Shown: positions 1 to 13,319 of the stretch, one piece after another | Layout: every line of letters starts with the position of its first letter | How positions within the stretch are numbered: position 1 is the first letter of the stretch | From: Cyanophora paradoxa CCMP329 | Lineage: Eukaryota; Plantae; Glaucophyta | Reading direction: 5' to 3' | Assembly: GCA_004431415.1 (NCBI GenBank) | Contig: QPMI01000484.1 | Coordinates: 202,437-266,436 of the forward strand | Length of the DNA: 64,000 nt | Translations under genes and position numbers: made by a program | The notes under the pieces: model-generated | The model's database searches: none | The model's input: only the letters and a program-made list of their open reading frames with translations | What the model was told of the DNA's origin: nothing

Positions 1-1508
1 TGAAGGTACAGAATCTTCGATACCCCTAGCGATTAACCCACAACCGAACCGTGCCTGCCTTTCGGTCTCTTGGCAGGCGTGCCACGAGGCGCTCGCGAAT
101 CCGGCGGCTGTCTATCGCGAGGACCCGGAGAACGAGGCCTTCACAAGGATACGCTCCAAGCCCGAGATAGTGGTGCGCCCGGGGGGTAAGGGAGCGTGGG
201 GGGGGTACGTACATGAACTGAACTTCGACGCAGGAGAAGTACGGGACAGGCCGTGTATCACACAACAGCATGCCAGCGCTGAAGCAAGTCACAGCGGCGC
301 TGGAGCAGATCGGTGCAAAGTCGGACGTCCCCAATCACCGCCTCTTGAACCGCGGGGACCGATCCCACAGCTCCGGAGAGGAGTATCCGGAGGTGGACGA
401 ACTGGGGGCGACCGCGTTCAAGGTGAGGGTCGACAAAGTACAGGAGGTGAGCACGTTCCTGGCGCCATCGTCGTCGCGGCGGCTCACGCAATTCGCAGCC
501 AAATGCGCAGGGGATTATGGAGGAGGTGGAGCAAGAGGTCGAGCTGTACGTCCGCCCACCGTACACGCGACGGAACAAGGCCGTGTGGATGGGAACAGCC
601 GAGCGCCCCATTCCAATACCCTCCTCTCCTTGCTCTACAGACGGTATGTGTACCCCCGCCCGTCATGTCCTCTGTCAGCGGTCTTTTCTGATTTCTCGTC
701 GCAGAGTCGCGAACACCGAGAACCGCTTCCTTAACCAGATGAGCACCACCCTGAAGGCGAAGCTGCACATGTTTCCCGCAATGACGCGGGAGGAGAACGG
801 CTATCGTTCAGTGCGCGACAGCGTTGCGGAAATCGCAACTGCGGTGCGCGGGGCGAGAGCCTCGAGCCCTGCAGTGCGCGCATACGTGGAGGTTCTTGCC
901 CGACTCCCACCCAACGACGGAGACCTGGCGTGCACGGCCCGGCAAGGCCTAGGTGCATGCACCGTCGCATGCGAAGTCCGACGGCTCGACGACGTGACGC
1001 CGGAGGCGATCATGCACATCCTGAAGAGCTTCAAGAACCTGGAGTGGGACCACTGGCCGTGCGTCCTTTCCTTTCTTTTCTTTCATTCTGTCTTTCTTCC
1101 CCCCTTCTCTTTCTTACTTTCTCTTCCTTTCCTTTCCTTTTTCTATCTGTAACGGTGTCGTTGCGCAGCGTGCCGATCATGACACTGGTTGCAGGGGTGG
1201 TGCATGCGATCGTCGAGCTCTCTGATCCAGCATACCAGATGAACGCGCGCACGACCGCTGGGTCTACTTTCAAAGCGAAGTGCCGGGTCGACCGCGTCCT
1301 GGAGGTCCTGTTTTCCCCGCGCTGGGGCCGGGTGGTGTGCAGTGGCCACCACCTGCGCGATCCCACAGCATGCGCACCATTTGTGGCCGCCTCCACAGAG
1401 TGGTTCCGCGCGCCCCGCGCGGGGCATCCTGACATCTTCGCGAACGAAGAGCAGGCAAAAGGGCTCCTGCAGCGGTGCAAGGCTTTCGTAGGACTGCAGA
1501 TTGCCTGA
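1..1508 (+). CDS. 3' part of a spliced gene of unknown function (possibly TE-related)
   Basis: Open segments joined by GT..AG introns (about 643-703 and 1059-1168); last exon ends ...CKAFVGLQIA-TGA at 1508. No family recognised. Confidence 0.3.
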
Positions 1509-2482
1509 TTCCGCTTGCAGATAGTGTAGGGTTCTACGACAGCGTTGGTTTTGTAAGAGATCAATTTCAGGAGGGTGATCCCTGTACCCTTCGATCGCAA
1601 GTTAGCCACCGGTGGCTAACTTCGGGGGGAATGAAGGGGGGGGAGAAGCGCAGGGGGGACGAATAGCAAAAAAAACCAACTTCCGCGCGCCCGGCCGGCG
1701 CCATGCATGCAGCTGCAGCGCGCGAACGTCAACACCGCCCGATGCGCATGTGCACTGCCGTGCGCGCGCCGTGCTCAGCCCCGCGGCGCCACGCCCGCCC
1801 GGCAGGCGACGTCGCCGCGCCCGCGCACGCGAGGAGTACACATCGCTGGCTTCATCGGCTCACCCGCGGCGCCGGCGGCGCGCTAGCTACGCGCTTTCGC
1901 TTGTCCGAGGTGCACATCATCGAATTCTGCAGCCTTCGCCCCATCCTCGGCCGCTGTAAGGCGGCGCGCAGGGATTCGAGCTCTCAACCGGGTCTCATGG
2001 CGTCGGCCGGCGGGCCCAGCGCAAGCAGCTCTGAGTCAGTAGGTACGTGCCGGAACCGCCCCTCGGTCCTGCTTGGGCGCGCTTTCTTCCGATCCTTCTA
2101 AAAACCGTGATTTCGGGGCGACATTTTGGCACTATGTTCACTATGCCCGCCGGCCATGGGCTCGGATCGGGCCGGGGCCTTTTTTAAGCGATCGCCGGCG
2201 CCGCGTCCGTCGTCCGACGGTTCGCGCTAGCGATTGCCCCGGAGTACTCGGTACCAGGGCCTGGCGGTCGCCGAAGCGATGAGAAGGCTCAAAGTTTAAC
2301 AGCTCTATGTACATTCACATGAATTTTTCTGAATTCGAATTCCATGCATCATGAAGTGTTCGTTCATCCTCGAACCATCGTCTACCTCTACCCCCGGGCC
2401 GGCCCCGGCCCCCGGTCTGAAACGGGTACAGCCCTCCAGGGTCTTGGCCGTCGTCGGGGCACCCGAAGGCTTGGCGCGCGCG

Positions 2483-3665
2483 ATGGCGACTGTCCCGGCA
2501 ATCCGGCGTGCTGCCGCTGCCACCGGGGCCGGTCCGCCACCCGCGCCGTCGCCATCGGCCCATCCTCGCACGCCCGCGCTCACCGGTCGTTCCTGCAGGT
2601 CTTCGGACGATCCAGGCAGCGGCGCCAGTCCACAGCACAGCATCCCGGGCGCCTTCCCTCGCTCTCGGCCTTGGGCCGCTTCCGGCGCGTCCGGCGGCGC
2701 TCTTCTCGCGGGCTCTCAGCGGCCTCGCCGTGTCGATGCACGCGGCGTCCCTGTCTCCCGCCGCGGGGCCTGCAGCGGCGGCGGCGAGCGTAGCGGCGAA
2801 CAGGCAGATCGGGGGCGTGCGCGGCATGTCCATCCTGGACAAGTTCCTCGGCACAAAGGAGCAGCCGACCGTGAAGCGAGTCTCTGCTGACGACGCGATG
2901 CCGAGCGGCATCCTCGCCAAGCTGGGCGACATCGCCGAGGAAGACGACGGGACTGTCTACGTCCCGAAGCCCGGCGAGCGCCTCGCGCCCTTCGCGAAGC
3001 GCAACTACGCGGCGATCGAGACGCGCGACATCAGATGCAGCCCCTACAAGCTCAACGACGTCGCGAAGATGATCCGCGGCCTGTCGGCGGACGTCGCGCT
3101 CAGGCAGCTCACGCTCTGCCCGCGGCGAGTCGGCCGCGAGGTCGTCCTGCACACGCTTCGGGAGGCGCTCAAGCTCGCCGCCGAGAGCTACAAGCTGGAG
3201 CGTTCCCGCCTCTTCGTCTGTGCGCGCCCACGGCCCCGGCCCGCCGCGCCCCGGCTTCGAGCGCTTCCGCGCCGCGCCGGCCGCCGCCGACCCCGCGGCC
3301 GCAGGGCAAGCGTTCGTGGGCAAGGGAGTGTACCTCAAGCGCATCACGTACCACAACAAGGTGCCGCCGGGTACCCCCGGTCGCCCTCCTCGCGCCAACT
3401 TCGCCGCGCAGGGCCGCCACGGGAAGCGGTTCCGCTACTTCTCGCGCCTCACCCTCGTCCTGGCGCTGCGGCCGACCGAGGAGCAGAAGGCCGCCGCCGC
3501 CGCCGCCGTGCGCCGCCGCGCCCGCCGCCGCCGCCCTCGCGGCGTCGTAACCGTTTCGATCCGCAGGAGAAGGCGAAGAAGGCGGCACCAAAGAAGAAGC
3601 GCATGCTGGTTCGGATATTCGGCGGCAAGCCCGCGCCGACCATCCGCGCCTCTCTGTCCCGGTAG
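2483..3665 (+). CDS. MRPL22: Mitochondrial-type ribosomal protein uL22 with N-terminal Ala/Arg/Ser-rich transit peptide, multi-exon
   Basis: RDIRCSPYKLNDVAKMIRGLSADVALRQL...RLFV|WQAFVGKGVYLKRITYHNK|GRHGKRFRYFSRLTLVL fits the bacterial-type uL22 family. Introns at 3220-3304, 3361-3411 and about 3508-3566. Start at 2483 (MATVPAIRR) is inferred. Confidence 0.85.
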
Positions 3666-3701
3666 GTAGCCAGCTAGCTAGCAAGACTGTAGGAATTCTT
3701 T

Positions 3702-5729
3702 TCAGCGAGGAGAAGCGCGGGACGCTATTTTTAGGGCGGGAGTGCGAGCGGCCGGCCCGCGAGGAGGGCGAGGAGAAGGGGTGGGGGGTACAGCCAGGCG
3801 AGGGGGGGCCGGAGGGCGCGGGCCCATGGCTCGAGAGCGCAGGCGAGGCGGCAGGGGGCGTGCTGCGCGGCGCCCGTAAGTAAAGGCGCGGGGACAGGGC
3901 GGGGCGCGGGCGCGGGCGGGAGGGGGGCGGCGTGCCTGCAGGTGCACCGCGCCGCTCGGGGAGAGGGCGAGGCGGAGCCCGCCTGGGGGGGAATGAGAGG
4001 CAGAAGGGGACGAGGACGCGGGGACAGGCGAACCGGGGTACAGGGCCGGCCAAACGATGAGGGACACGAGGCGGAGGAGGGGTACGGCGGCGGCCGCGCG
4101 GGCGGCTGCGGGAGGGGGGGGGGGGGGGGGGGGGCGGGTCGGGGAAGGAAAGGGGGTACCGGGGAACGAGCGGCGCCGAGCGGACAGGCGCACCGGCCGA
4201 GAGGGCGCAGCGGGCGGCGCCGAGAGCGACGTGAAGGAGGGCGAAGGATAGGTAGTAGGCGAGCTGCGTGTACCCCCCTCAGGGACGTCCCGGGGGCGCG
4301 GAAGGACGGGGGTGGGGGAGGGGGGCAAGTACGGTGGTGGGTACGGTGAAAGAGACGACGGTGAAGACGACGGCTCCCAGGAGGACGGCGTCGAGCCCGG
4401 GGCGGGCGCTGTCGACGCGGCGGCGCAGCGGGTTCCACTTCTTCCCTCGGAAGAGCCGCCACAGCCCCGCCAGGAGCCCCAGCTGCCGGACGCTCAAAAG
4501 AAGCGGGGGGCAAGAGGGGGAGGGGGTACGTGCCTGGGCGGCGTAGAGGCGGCGAACGAAGGCGTAGGCGGCGGCGGTGGGTACGCCATAGAGCCTCGCG
4601 GCGTCCGAGGCGATCGCCAGAAGGCCCGAGGCGCCTGTGGCCGCGCCGAGGGCCGCCGACAAGGCCGGGGGGGGCAGCCAAGGCTGGGGGAGGGATCCGG
4701 AGAGGGCCTCCCGCGCGACTGAGGGGGAAGTAGGTGAGGGGTAGAGGGGCTGGGGTGCGGAACCTATCCGGGCGAGCGCGCACGGGTACAGGCGCGGAGG
4801 AGGGAGAGGAAGATGCCGCCCAGGGTACGCGATAGGTCGGCGTTGAGCTTGAAGCCGGCGGGGGCGCCCATGAGCCACCTGCGCAACCCCGTCAGTTAGG
4901 AGGGGCGGAGCGCTGGGGACGCGCGAGAGGCGGCCGCACTCGACGTGGGCAGAGACGGCGCCCTCCGAAGCGACGGAGAAGGGCGCAAGGCACGCCGCGA
5001 GGCTGCGAAGGCTAGCGCTTTAGACGAGCGGCGGAGAGGAGCGAGAGGAACGTTCGCCCAGCGCTCGCTCACAGGCCGCGTCCCGGGGGGTAGTGGAGGA
5101 GGAGAACGGCGGCGGCGGCCCCCAGGGCCGAGTCCAGCGCGAGGGACGCGGCGGCTTCGGCGCGGCGGATTCTTCGGCGCGCGGGGCACGCGGCGGCGCC
5201 CCCGCCCCCGTCCACAGAGGCCGCCGCGAGCCGCTCAAGACGCCCGCAGCAGGAATCCACTGCGCGCCTGCGTCAGCCGCGAGCGACGCACCGGCGCGAA
5301 TCGAGAGCGGCGGCGCGAGGCGACCAGCGCACCCAAGGCCAAGTAGGTTCGAAGGAGAGGCGCGGGTCCCGTCTCGGCCGAGGCGAGCGCGGCGAGGAAG
5401 ACGAGGAGCCGGCCGAGAAGCGACTTCGACGGCGCCCGGCTCCGCTGTTGTTCTTGTTGTTCGTGCGCCGTTTTGGGGAGAGGATCGAGCGTCGAGCGGG
5501 GGGCGGGCCGATCGCTCTCCCGGCCCTGCAGCGCGGCCTGGACCTCTGCCGCCCGATTCGCCTGTGCGCATTTGAATTCACGGATGATGCCGAGCGAGCG
5601 GGGCCAGCGCACGCATTCGACGGCTGCGGCGAGCTGCGTGTCTGGCGCCTCGTCATCGACGCCCGAGTGCCAGTAGCGCTGCCTCGCATCGTACGTAACC
5701 ACAGCGATCTCCTGCCCGTCCTCGCCCAT
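3702..5729 (-). CDS. PIGQ: GPI-GlcNAc transferase subunit PIG-Q/Gpi1, multi-exon (ends approximate)
   Basis: WLMGAPAGFKLNADL (about 4830-4878) and LWRLFRGKKWNPLRRRVDS...LLGAVVFTVVSFTVPTT (about 4335-4465) are Gpi1-family signature segments. Confidence 0.85.
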
Positions 5730-6134
5730 GGCTCGCAGCTCGCCAGCATCGACCCAGGCGCGAACGCAGCTCGCCGCTGCGGGCGAATGCGCGTGAGCGG
5801 AGCGGTGCGCGACGCGCGTCCGGCGAACCGCGCGAGGGATCGTCTTCAGCCGCCCAGCGTCCGAGCACGCAGAGGCCGGGCACGGCGATCTGCTGGGCAA
5901 CCCACTGCGTCTTGCGCTCCGCTTCCTTCGCACGCACAGCGCTCAGCGGACGTTCGGGGGGTTCGAAGCTCCGCACCTCGAACCCAAGGCCGATCGGGAG
6001 CATGCCAAGCACGACTCTCCAGCGGCTCTCGGGGCTGTGCACGCCAACCAGCCACGCCGGCCGGCCGGGGAGGCCGCGCGGGAGGAGTAGCATCCCTAAG
6101 AATTGCGGTGCCCCTGGGACCGAGATCAAATTGG

Positions 6135-8881
6135 ATGGCGCAGGCGCAGTACAACGTCGTGGCGCTGATATCGGGAGGCAAAGACTCCTGTTTCAACGTC
6201 CTGAAGTGCATCGAGTACGGGCATCGGGTCGTCGCGCTCGCGAACCTGCACCCGGCGGAGGAGGGTCGCGGTGCGCCAGGCGCCAGCGCGGGTCGCGGCG
6301 CGGTCGAAGGCTAACGTCTCTACTCGCTCGCGCTTCGCCTGCACCACAGATGAGCTTGACAGCTTCATGTTCCAGACAGTCGGGCACAACGTGATCGAGG
6401 GCCTTGCGCAGTGCTTCGACCTGCCGCTCTTCCGGCGGGCAATCCGCGGCAGCTCGCAGAACCAATCGCTCTCGTACGTGCCGACCAAGGAGGACGAGGT
6501 CGAGGACCTGTACGAGCTCCTCAAGGATGTCAAGGTGCGCCCCACTTAGCTGCGCCCGCGCCCCGTCTCGCCCCGCTCTCCTCGCGTTAGCTACGTGCAC
6601 GTAGAAGCCGCCTGACGCCGCTCGGCGGCCTGTTCCGCAGGCGCGCATGCCCGAGGTCACCGCCGTCTCTTCGGGCGCCATTCTCTCCGACTACCAGCGG
6701 CTGCGCGTCGAGAACGTGTACGCGATTCGATCCGCGGTCTTTCTTCCAATCCTTTCGCTCACGGGGCGCCCGTGCGCAGGTGCTCGCGGCTGGGCCTGGT
6801 CTCGCTGGCGTACCTGTGGCGCTGCGACCAGCCGACGTTACTCCGCGAGATGATCGACGCGGGCCTCCACGCCGTCCTCATCAAAGTGGCGGCCATGGGC
6901 GCGCCCGTCCCGCCCCGCCCCGCCCCGCCCCGCCCCGCGCCCAGAACTGACCGGCGCCCGGCCGGGCCCGCCGCAGGGCTCGACCCCCGCCGGCACCTCG
7001 GCAAGTCTCTCGCCGAGATGTACCCCGAGCTTTGCCGACTGGTGCGCGCGAGATCGCGTACCCCCCTCGCCTTTCTATCCTGAAGCCGGTACCCCCGCAG
7101 AGGGCGCGGTACGGGTGCAACGAGTGCGGGGAGGGCGGGGAGTACGAGACGCTGGTGCTGGATTCCCCCGTCTTCCGCCGGCGCCTCGTCATCGAGGAGG
7201 CGGAGACGATCTCCCACAGCGACGACGCGTTCGCTCCGGTGGCCTTCCTTCGCATCCGCCGCTTCCGCCTCGAGGAGAAGGAGGGGTACACGCCACTCCC
7301 GCCCCCGCTCCCCCCCGCCGCCCCCTCCGCCCCCGCCCCGCCGGCTCCCCCGCCGCCCGCCGAGGCCCCGCCCTCGCCGGCGCCCATTCGCGTGGCGCGC
7401 GCGGGGTACCCCCCTCGGGAGCTGCTCCACGTGGCGGGGATCGCCTCGGAGGGGGGTACCGGCCCCTCGGCCTCCCCCGGGGAGGAGACGCGCCGGCTCC
7501 TGGCCCGCCTGGAGGCGGCCCTGGGGGGGTACGGCGCCTCCCTCTCGGACGCCTACTTCGTTCGCCTCTACGTGCGCCGCATGGCGGACTTCGCGGCCGT
7601 GAACGCCGCGTACGCCCCCTTCTTCCCCTCCTCTCCCCCCTCCCGGTGCGCGCGTACCCCCCTCCTCCTCCATCCCCCCTTCTGACGGCCCCTCAGTTCC
7701 TGCGTAGAGGCGCCCATAGACTGTGCGCTGCGGCTGGAGTGCCTGGCCGTGCGGGGCGGCGGCGGGGGCGGGGAGGAAGGAGAGGCCCGTCGGGCGCTGC
7801 ACGTGCAGAGCGTCTCGCGCTGGGCCTCTGCCTGCATCGGGCCCTACAGCCAGGCCAACGTCGTCGGCTCCACCGTGCACCTCTCGGGGGTACTGGGCCT
7901 CGTCCCCGAGACGATGCTGCTGGAGGCCGGCGGGGCCGGTCCGCAGGCGGCGCGCGCGCTCCGCAACGCGGCGCGCGTCCTCGAGGCGCTGGGCTCGGGC
8001 GTCGCCCGCCTGGTCTCATGCGTCGCGTTCGTGGCGGACCGCGGCGCGGCGGCGAGGGAGCAAGTGCGCGCCGCGGTGGACGCGGTCTTGGAGGAAGAGG
8101 GCCTCTCCCCCGTGCGTCCGACCTTCGCGAAGGCCTCATAGCTTTGCTTCTGACGCCTCCACACACGTACAGGGCTCGGCGGCGACGGCGGCGTGGGCGT
8201 GGGTGGAGGTGCCGGCGCTGCCCCGGGGCGCCCTCGTCGAGCTCGAGCTCACCGCCGCCGCCGGCGACGGGCGCGTGGGCGAGCCCGTCCGCGTCTCTGC
8301 TTCTTCTTCTTCGTCTTCGGGGGCCGGTGCGCTATGAGAGCTCACGCTTGAGCTTAAACTTGAGCTTGAGCTTTACCTCTAGATCCCCTAAGCTTAAGCT
8401 TTACCTTGGCTTTATTTCGAGCTCACCTCGCACGCCCCGCCCCGCCTCAGGAGCCGCCGCCGGGCCGCTCCAGACTCGCTCCGCGGCCTGCGCGGCGGGC
8501 GGGGCCTCGGGCGCCGCCTTCGTCACCCTCTCCTCTCCGCCCGCCGGGCCCGCGCCCGTGCCTCCGCCCTCCCCCGCGGCCCTCGCGGCGGCCCTCGCGG
8601 GGGCGCTGGCGGCCCTAAGGGGGCCCCTCGCCTCGGCCCTCGCCCCGCCGCCCCCGGAAGGGGACGACGCCCCTCCGCCCGTTCCGCCCACGGCCGAGCT
8701 TACGTCGGCGCGCCTCTTCTACCTGCCCGGAGCCCTGGGCCCGGACTTGGACCGGGCGGCTCTATTTTTAGAGCTGGAGGGGGCGCTGGGGGGGCCCGTC
8801 GCCCTGGCGCCGGCGCGCGCCCTCGAGCGCCCGGGGGACCTCTGCTGCCTCAACGCCGCCTTCGCGCCCGTTAGCAGATAG
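6135..8881 (+). CDS. DPH6: Diphthine-ammonia ligase (PP-loop ATPase) with C-terminal RidA/YjgF-like domains, multi-exon
   Basis: VVALISGGKDSCFN PP-loop; ELDSFMFQTVGH; GAILSDYQRLRVENV; CGEGGEYETLVLDSP; ALHVQSVSRWASACIGPYSQA; VPALPRGALVEL. Confidence 0.93.
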
Positions 8882-9522
8882 CTGAATTTATTCGAAGCTG
8901 CAACATGAGTACTGCGACGAGGGAAAAGGGGCAAGGGGAGAGAAGACGCAGAAAAATTAAAAGAGGCAACCGAACTTCGTCAAGAAATAGCCGCAGGAAA
9001 GGGCCGGGGGGGCGCCGCGGCGGGGGGAAGGGGGGGGGGGGGGGGGGGGGAGGGGGGGGAGGAGGAGAGAAAGGGGCCCGGGGAAAGGGGGGGGAAACAG
9101 ACGGGGAGCCTGCAGCTGCGTGGGGGGAGCTTATTCTATGAAAACGAACTCACTCGCAGATCGCACGCCTCGCGATCCTACAGCATTGCTAGCAGCCCAA
9201 GCTCGAGTCCGCGCTCGAGCTCGTCGAATTCGTCGACGTCTCCAGTGGATGCAGTCCGATGCGCCGGATGCAGAGTGCGGGCGCGGCGGAAGCTTTAAGA
9301 TCTAGCTATAGACGCAGATTCAATGCTTGAATTAATATTCGAAAAATGGCTGAAATGGAAACATGGTTGCCTAGAAAAATGCTTGAGATTGAATACGAGG
9401 TCTAGCTTATAGGTAACAAGCTGTTTAGCTAAAGCACGCTTTCGCATGGGTTCAGAGTGATTATGAGGGCGGCGAAGAATTTGATCGAATGCGATCATGA
9501 CTGATCAAGATTATGATGACTG

Positions 9523-11386
9523 CACAGCAGAGTATGGGGGGGGTACCCATGGTAGCATTAGTTTGTATGGGACTGCGGCCCCCCCCCTGACCATTCTGTG
9601 CAGTAACCATCAGCGCGCCGGGCGACGCGCTAGCACGCTCGTCGTCCTTAGCTAGGCCTTCCGGGCAGTGTGAAAGCAGTCCGGCCGACGGGGGCGCTCT
9701 GGCTCGGGAGATCGACTTGTAGCTAGTGCGGGTCGGCCGGGCCATCGGGAAGGCGCCCAGCGACCAGCTCACCGCATCATTAGTGAGCCTGGCATGCCGC
9801 AGACGAGCGGGCGCGCCACGCCCCGCCGCCTCTGGTCCGCTGGACTCTCCGAAAAGGTAACCGCCGCGCACTGCGAACGAAGGATCGGCGGAAGCTGACC
9901 ACCGGCGTCGCAGCGCCGACGCAGGACGTTACGAACGTAATGTGCATCTGATGAGAGTCTGCTGGTGCGCTGGGCTGGTCGCCGCGCGACCGGCCTGACC
10001 GACGCCCCCGCCAGGAGGCCGTGCACCAGCCGCGCATCTCGCCGGCGGGGCGCAGGTGCAGTCTCGCCTAGCATATGCGACTTAGCTAAGCTAACAGTGC
10101 TGATCAATGCTCGCAGCGCGCGCCGGGCGCCGCTCCTGGGCCGCCCGCTCTTGGTGGTGGTCGCCGCCCCTACGGAGTCGCCGTGGTGCGGGCGCGACCT
10201 TTTGCGTCCTTTCCTCAGCTTTGTTTTGATGTATACTACATGCAGGCAACCTGGGCGCACGGTGGGGCTCTTCGGGGCGGGCGTTTCTGGCGGAGAACGC
10301 CACCTGGTCCCCCTTCTGGGCCAGATCCCGCTGCTCCCCGTCGCTCTCCGCGTCTCCCTTGGATAGCGCATCGTCTAGATGGTTATGTACAATGAATCTA
10401 CGCGTTTCCCCGCTGCCGCGCCCGCGCCCCCGTCCCAGGATTTGGGTGTCACCACTGCACTGCTCCAGCAGAGCGCCCTGTGCGCCCAGCACGTCCTAGG
10501 GCGGCCGAGATGGATGAAAACATAGTATATTACATAGAAGCACATTCGGGAACGATCCAACGCGTCCGGGAAGCGCGGGCAAGGGGTCCGAGCCTGACCC
10601 CAAGTCCTTGCCACCACCACCGCCAGCCACCGAACGCAGCACGGCGCCCTGCACAGCGTGCGCGTGGTGCGAAACATAGTTAGTCTTGTGTAGGAACGCA
10701 GCTGGCGCGTGGGCTCTGCCGGGATGCGCACCGGAAGCGACCAGCACTGCGGCAGTGGCGGGCACCAAGCCAGAACGCGCGGCGGAGCCGCCCTGTGCTC
10801 CCGGCGTAAGCTGTTGACACAGCTGATGCCGCCTATGTGCTGCGGGCGACCGGCGAGGTCACAGGTGACCGGCGGCGGGCGAGCGGGCGGGCGCAGCGGG
10901 CGGACGGGACGGACTTCACTCCCGAGAGCGGACGATGGCGCCGATCGTCATGAAGCATGTTCAACATCTAAGAACACTGTTGAAGCACGTTAGGCCCACG
11001 CAGCAAGAGCGCCCGGGTCGCCGCACCTTCGAGAGCACGCCGCTCGGCGGGCGAGCGGGGCGGGCGGGCTGTAGCACCGCCAGTGCTGTTTGTATGACCT
11101 ATGCGTTGCTCCTGATACGCTGGCTGGTAGCCCGGCCGCCGCCGCCGCCATCCGACCTCGCTGGGCGCGCGACAAAGTCCGAAGTCCGACCCAGACGGAC
11201 AGGGCTGAGAGCAGACGACCAACTAGAGCTCGACGCGCTACATGGAAAAGCGATGCTCGCCGGAAGCGCTGATGCAGGGGTTTCACGGCGGACGCTGCCG
11301 AAGTTGTTTTTTTCAGCCCACCGGGGGTGCCACTTTTCCCATACAAACTGATGCTACCATGGGTACCCCCCCCATACTCTGCTGTG
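9523..11386. mobile_element. Non-autonomous DNA transposon, CACTA/EnSpm (CMC)-like, 1864 bp
   Basis: 50-bp TIRs CACAGCAGAGTATGGGGGGGGTACCCATGGTAGCAT(T/C)AGTTTGTATGGGA at 9523-9572 and inverted at 11337-11386 (one mismatch). Flanking 3-bp direct repeat CTG at 9520-9522 and 11387-11389. No transposase recognised inside. Confidence 0.85.
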
Positions 11387-11460
11387 CTGGATTCGAATTC
11401 AGGCGGCCAGCAGCGCAGCCTGCAGCCGCCAAAGCACGCGCGCGCACACCGAGGTTATAA

Positions 11461-13319
11461 TTAGCAACCGTTTAACGAGGCGTCGACGATTTGACAAAAA
11501 GCCTTTGCAGCTTGGCGCACCTGGCCGCGGCGGTACGCCGCGAAGGCTTCCCCCAGGCGCCCTTGGAAGCGGGGAGGGTCATCGAACTGCGTTTCGCGCA
11601 CGAAGCGCACGATACGGTGGAGCGGGGGGCAGGCCGCCAGCCCAGCGAACAGGGCGAGGAGCTCGTGCTCGAAGCAGGAGATGACCCGGAGGCGCACGCT
11701 CGCGAGGTCCGGGTTGCGCGCCTGGAGCCGACACAGGGCCGGCAGGGCGTCTGCATGCATGCGCGGGGGCGTCAAGTTCGAGCTGCAGGCAGATCACGAT
11801 CGTGATTCGAACGCACGGCTCACGAGGGGCACCGCCGCTTCTGACTCGCGGACGCGGTGGCCATCGGCAGAGAGGTCGAGCTCGATGCATTTTAGGGACG
11901 TCGGCGCGCCTGACGAGCGGATCCGGAGGACCGGAGGCCGGAACGTTAACGATGCGAAGTCAAGTTTTTTTAATACAGTTAAATTAAATGCAGCGTTGAT
12001 CATGATGTGCGCACGTCCAAGCCACTCGAAGAAGGCTGGTGACAGCTGCGCATCGTAAATTGCCAGGCTGCACAACAAAAAAACTCTAATTTCAGCACAT
12101 GATCAACAGAATCGATGCAAGCTCTCAAAAGATTTTCATTACCTGTCCGCTCCGGCGAAGAGGTTGTCGGACCAAATTTTGGGCAGGGCACACGACTCCA
12201 GCACAACCTGGCAATCGAGGCTGCAGCCGAAGGTCGTGCTAAGAATGTCGCCGGTGGCTGCGGGGCCGCAGCCGAAGCGGAAGTCTGTGATGCGGGGGAG
12301 CGTCGCCTCCACGGCCGGCCGCTTGGCTGCAAGATTCGCGCCAAACAGGAAGAGCTGCCGCGCTTGGAGCCCGCGCCTGCCGAACTCGACGACGGCCGCC
12401 GCCGTGTCCTTCGAGCGGAACGAACGGTCCTCCTCATCGTCGAAGCTTGCCGTACGAATGATTTCGAGGCGAGGAAACAGCCGCGCGAGCTCCTCCACAT
12501 CCTCCTTGCCCTTGAACTGGATCGGAAGACCGAGGCACCTCAGCGTCTCGATGGGCGGCAGCTGCGCATGAGATTTCGCGCTCGCGATCAGAATCCTTGC
12601 AATGGGCTAGAGAAAGTTGCTTGGCAATTCAAAATCGAATCACCGTGTCGTGCAGGTCATCAATTTCCAGCGGCTTGAAAAGGAGCCCGGAATCGTAGCA
12701 AATGCTAATCGCGACAAGGCTGGGAAGCGCGTTGCTGAAGTCCAGATTGGCGAGCTTGAGCGATCGGTGCAGGCCCCGATCGCAGCTCCTCAGCGCGATG
12801 TTCAGCGAAGCGAGGCTCTTCGGCAGGGCCGGCCACAAATTGCGCATACAGCACCGCGGCTCTTCGAAAGAATGAAAGACGAAATTTAACTTCAGGTTCT
12901 GCAGAGCTTGGTTTTCAGGGGCTTGAAGAAGCGCTGCGGCGTCTGCGATGCTGACAGCGTCGGAGGGCGGCGCTTCGGGCGCAAACCCTAGGCTTCGAAA
13001 TGCCTCCGATGCCGCTCGCGCAGCTGCGCGCATTTCCTCGCTTAAAATCGCGCTGGAATTCTCGCGCTGGACCACGAAGTTCCCTTTCTGGCGACCGACA
13101 TCTCCGAAAACACTGAGCGCGCAGCGGCGCGCGAAATTTAGAAAAAGACGCATACATGAAGAAGAGCGCGCGGGCGAGCGCGCACGTGATCTCCAGCTGC
13201 GACGTCGACATTTTCTCGAGCTCGAAGATACGTCCTTTCCGTACGCGTGCGCTTACAGCGCTAGAGCTTCCGAGATCTATACCTTCGAATTCCGGGAGGC
13301 AATGCGCATGCACGATCAT
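11461..13319 (-). CDS. LRR-like protein or pseudogene of an unknown family
   Basis: Consecutive minus-strand ORFs with LxxLxL periodicity (ALPKSLASLNIAL, ALPSLVAISI, LFPRLEIIRT, TSLKCIELDLS). The 5' part is locally duplicated at about 13570-13920. Confidence 0.35.

Noticed and set aside
9523-9530. CACAG terminus as a Transib/RAG RSS-like heptamer
   Set aside because: The flanks give a 3-bp TSD (CTG), not the 5-bp TSD of Transib, and no nonamer was seen.
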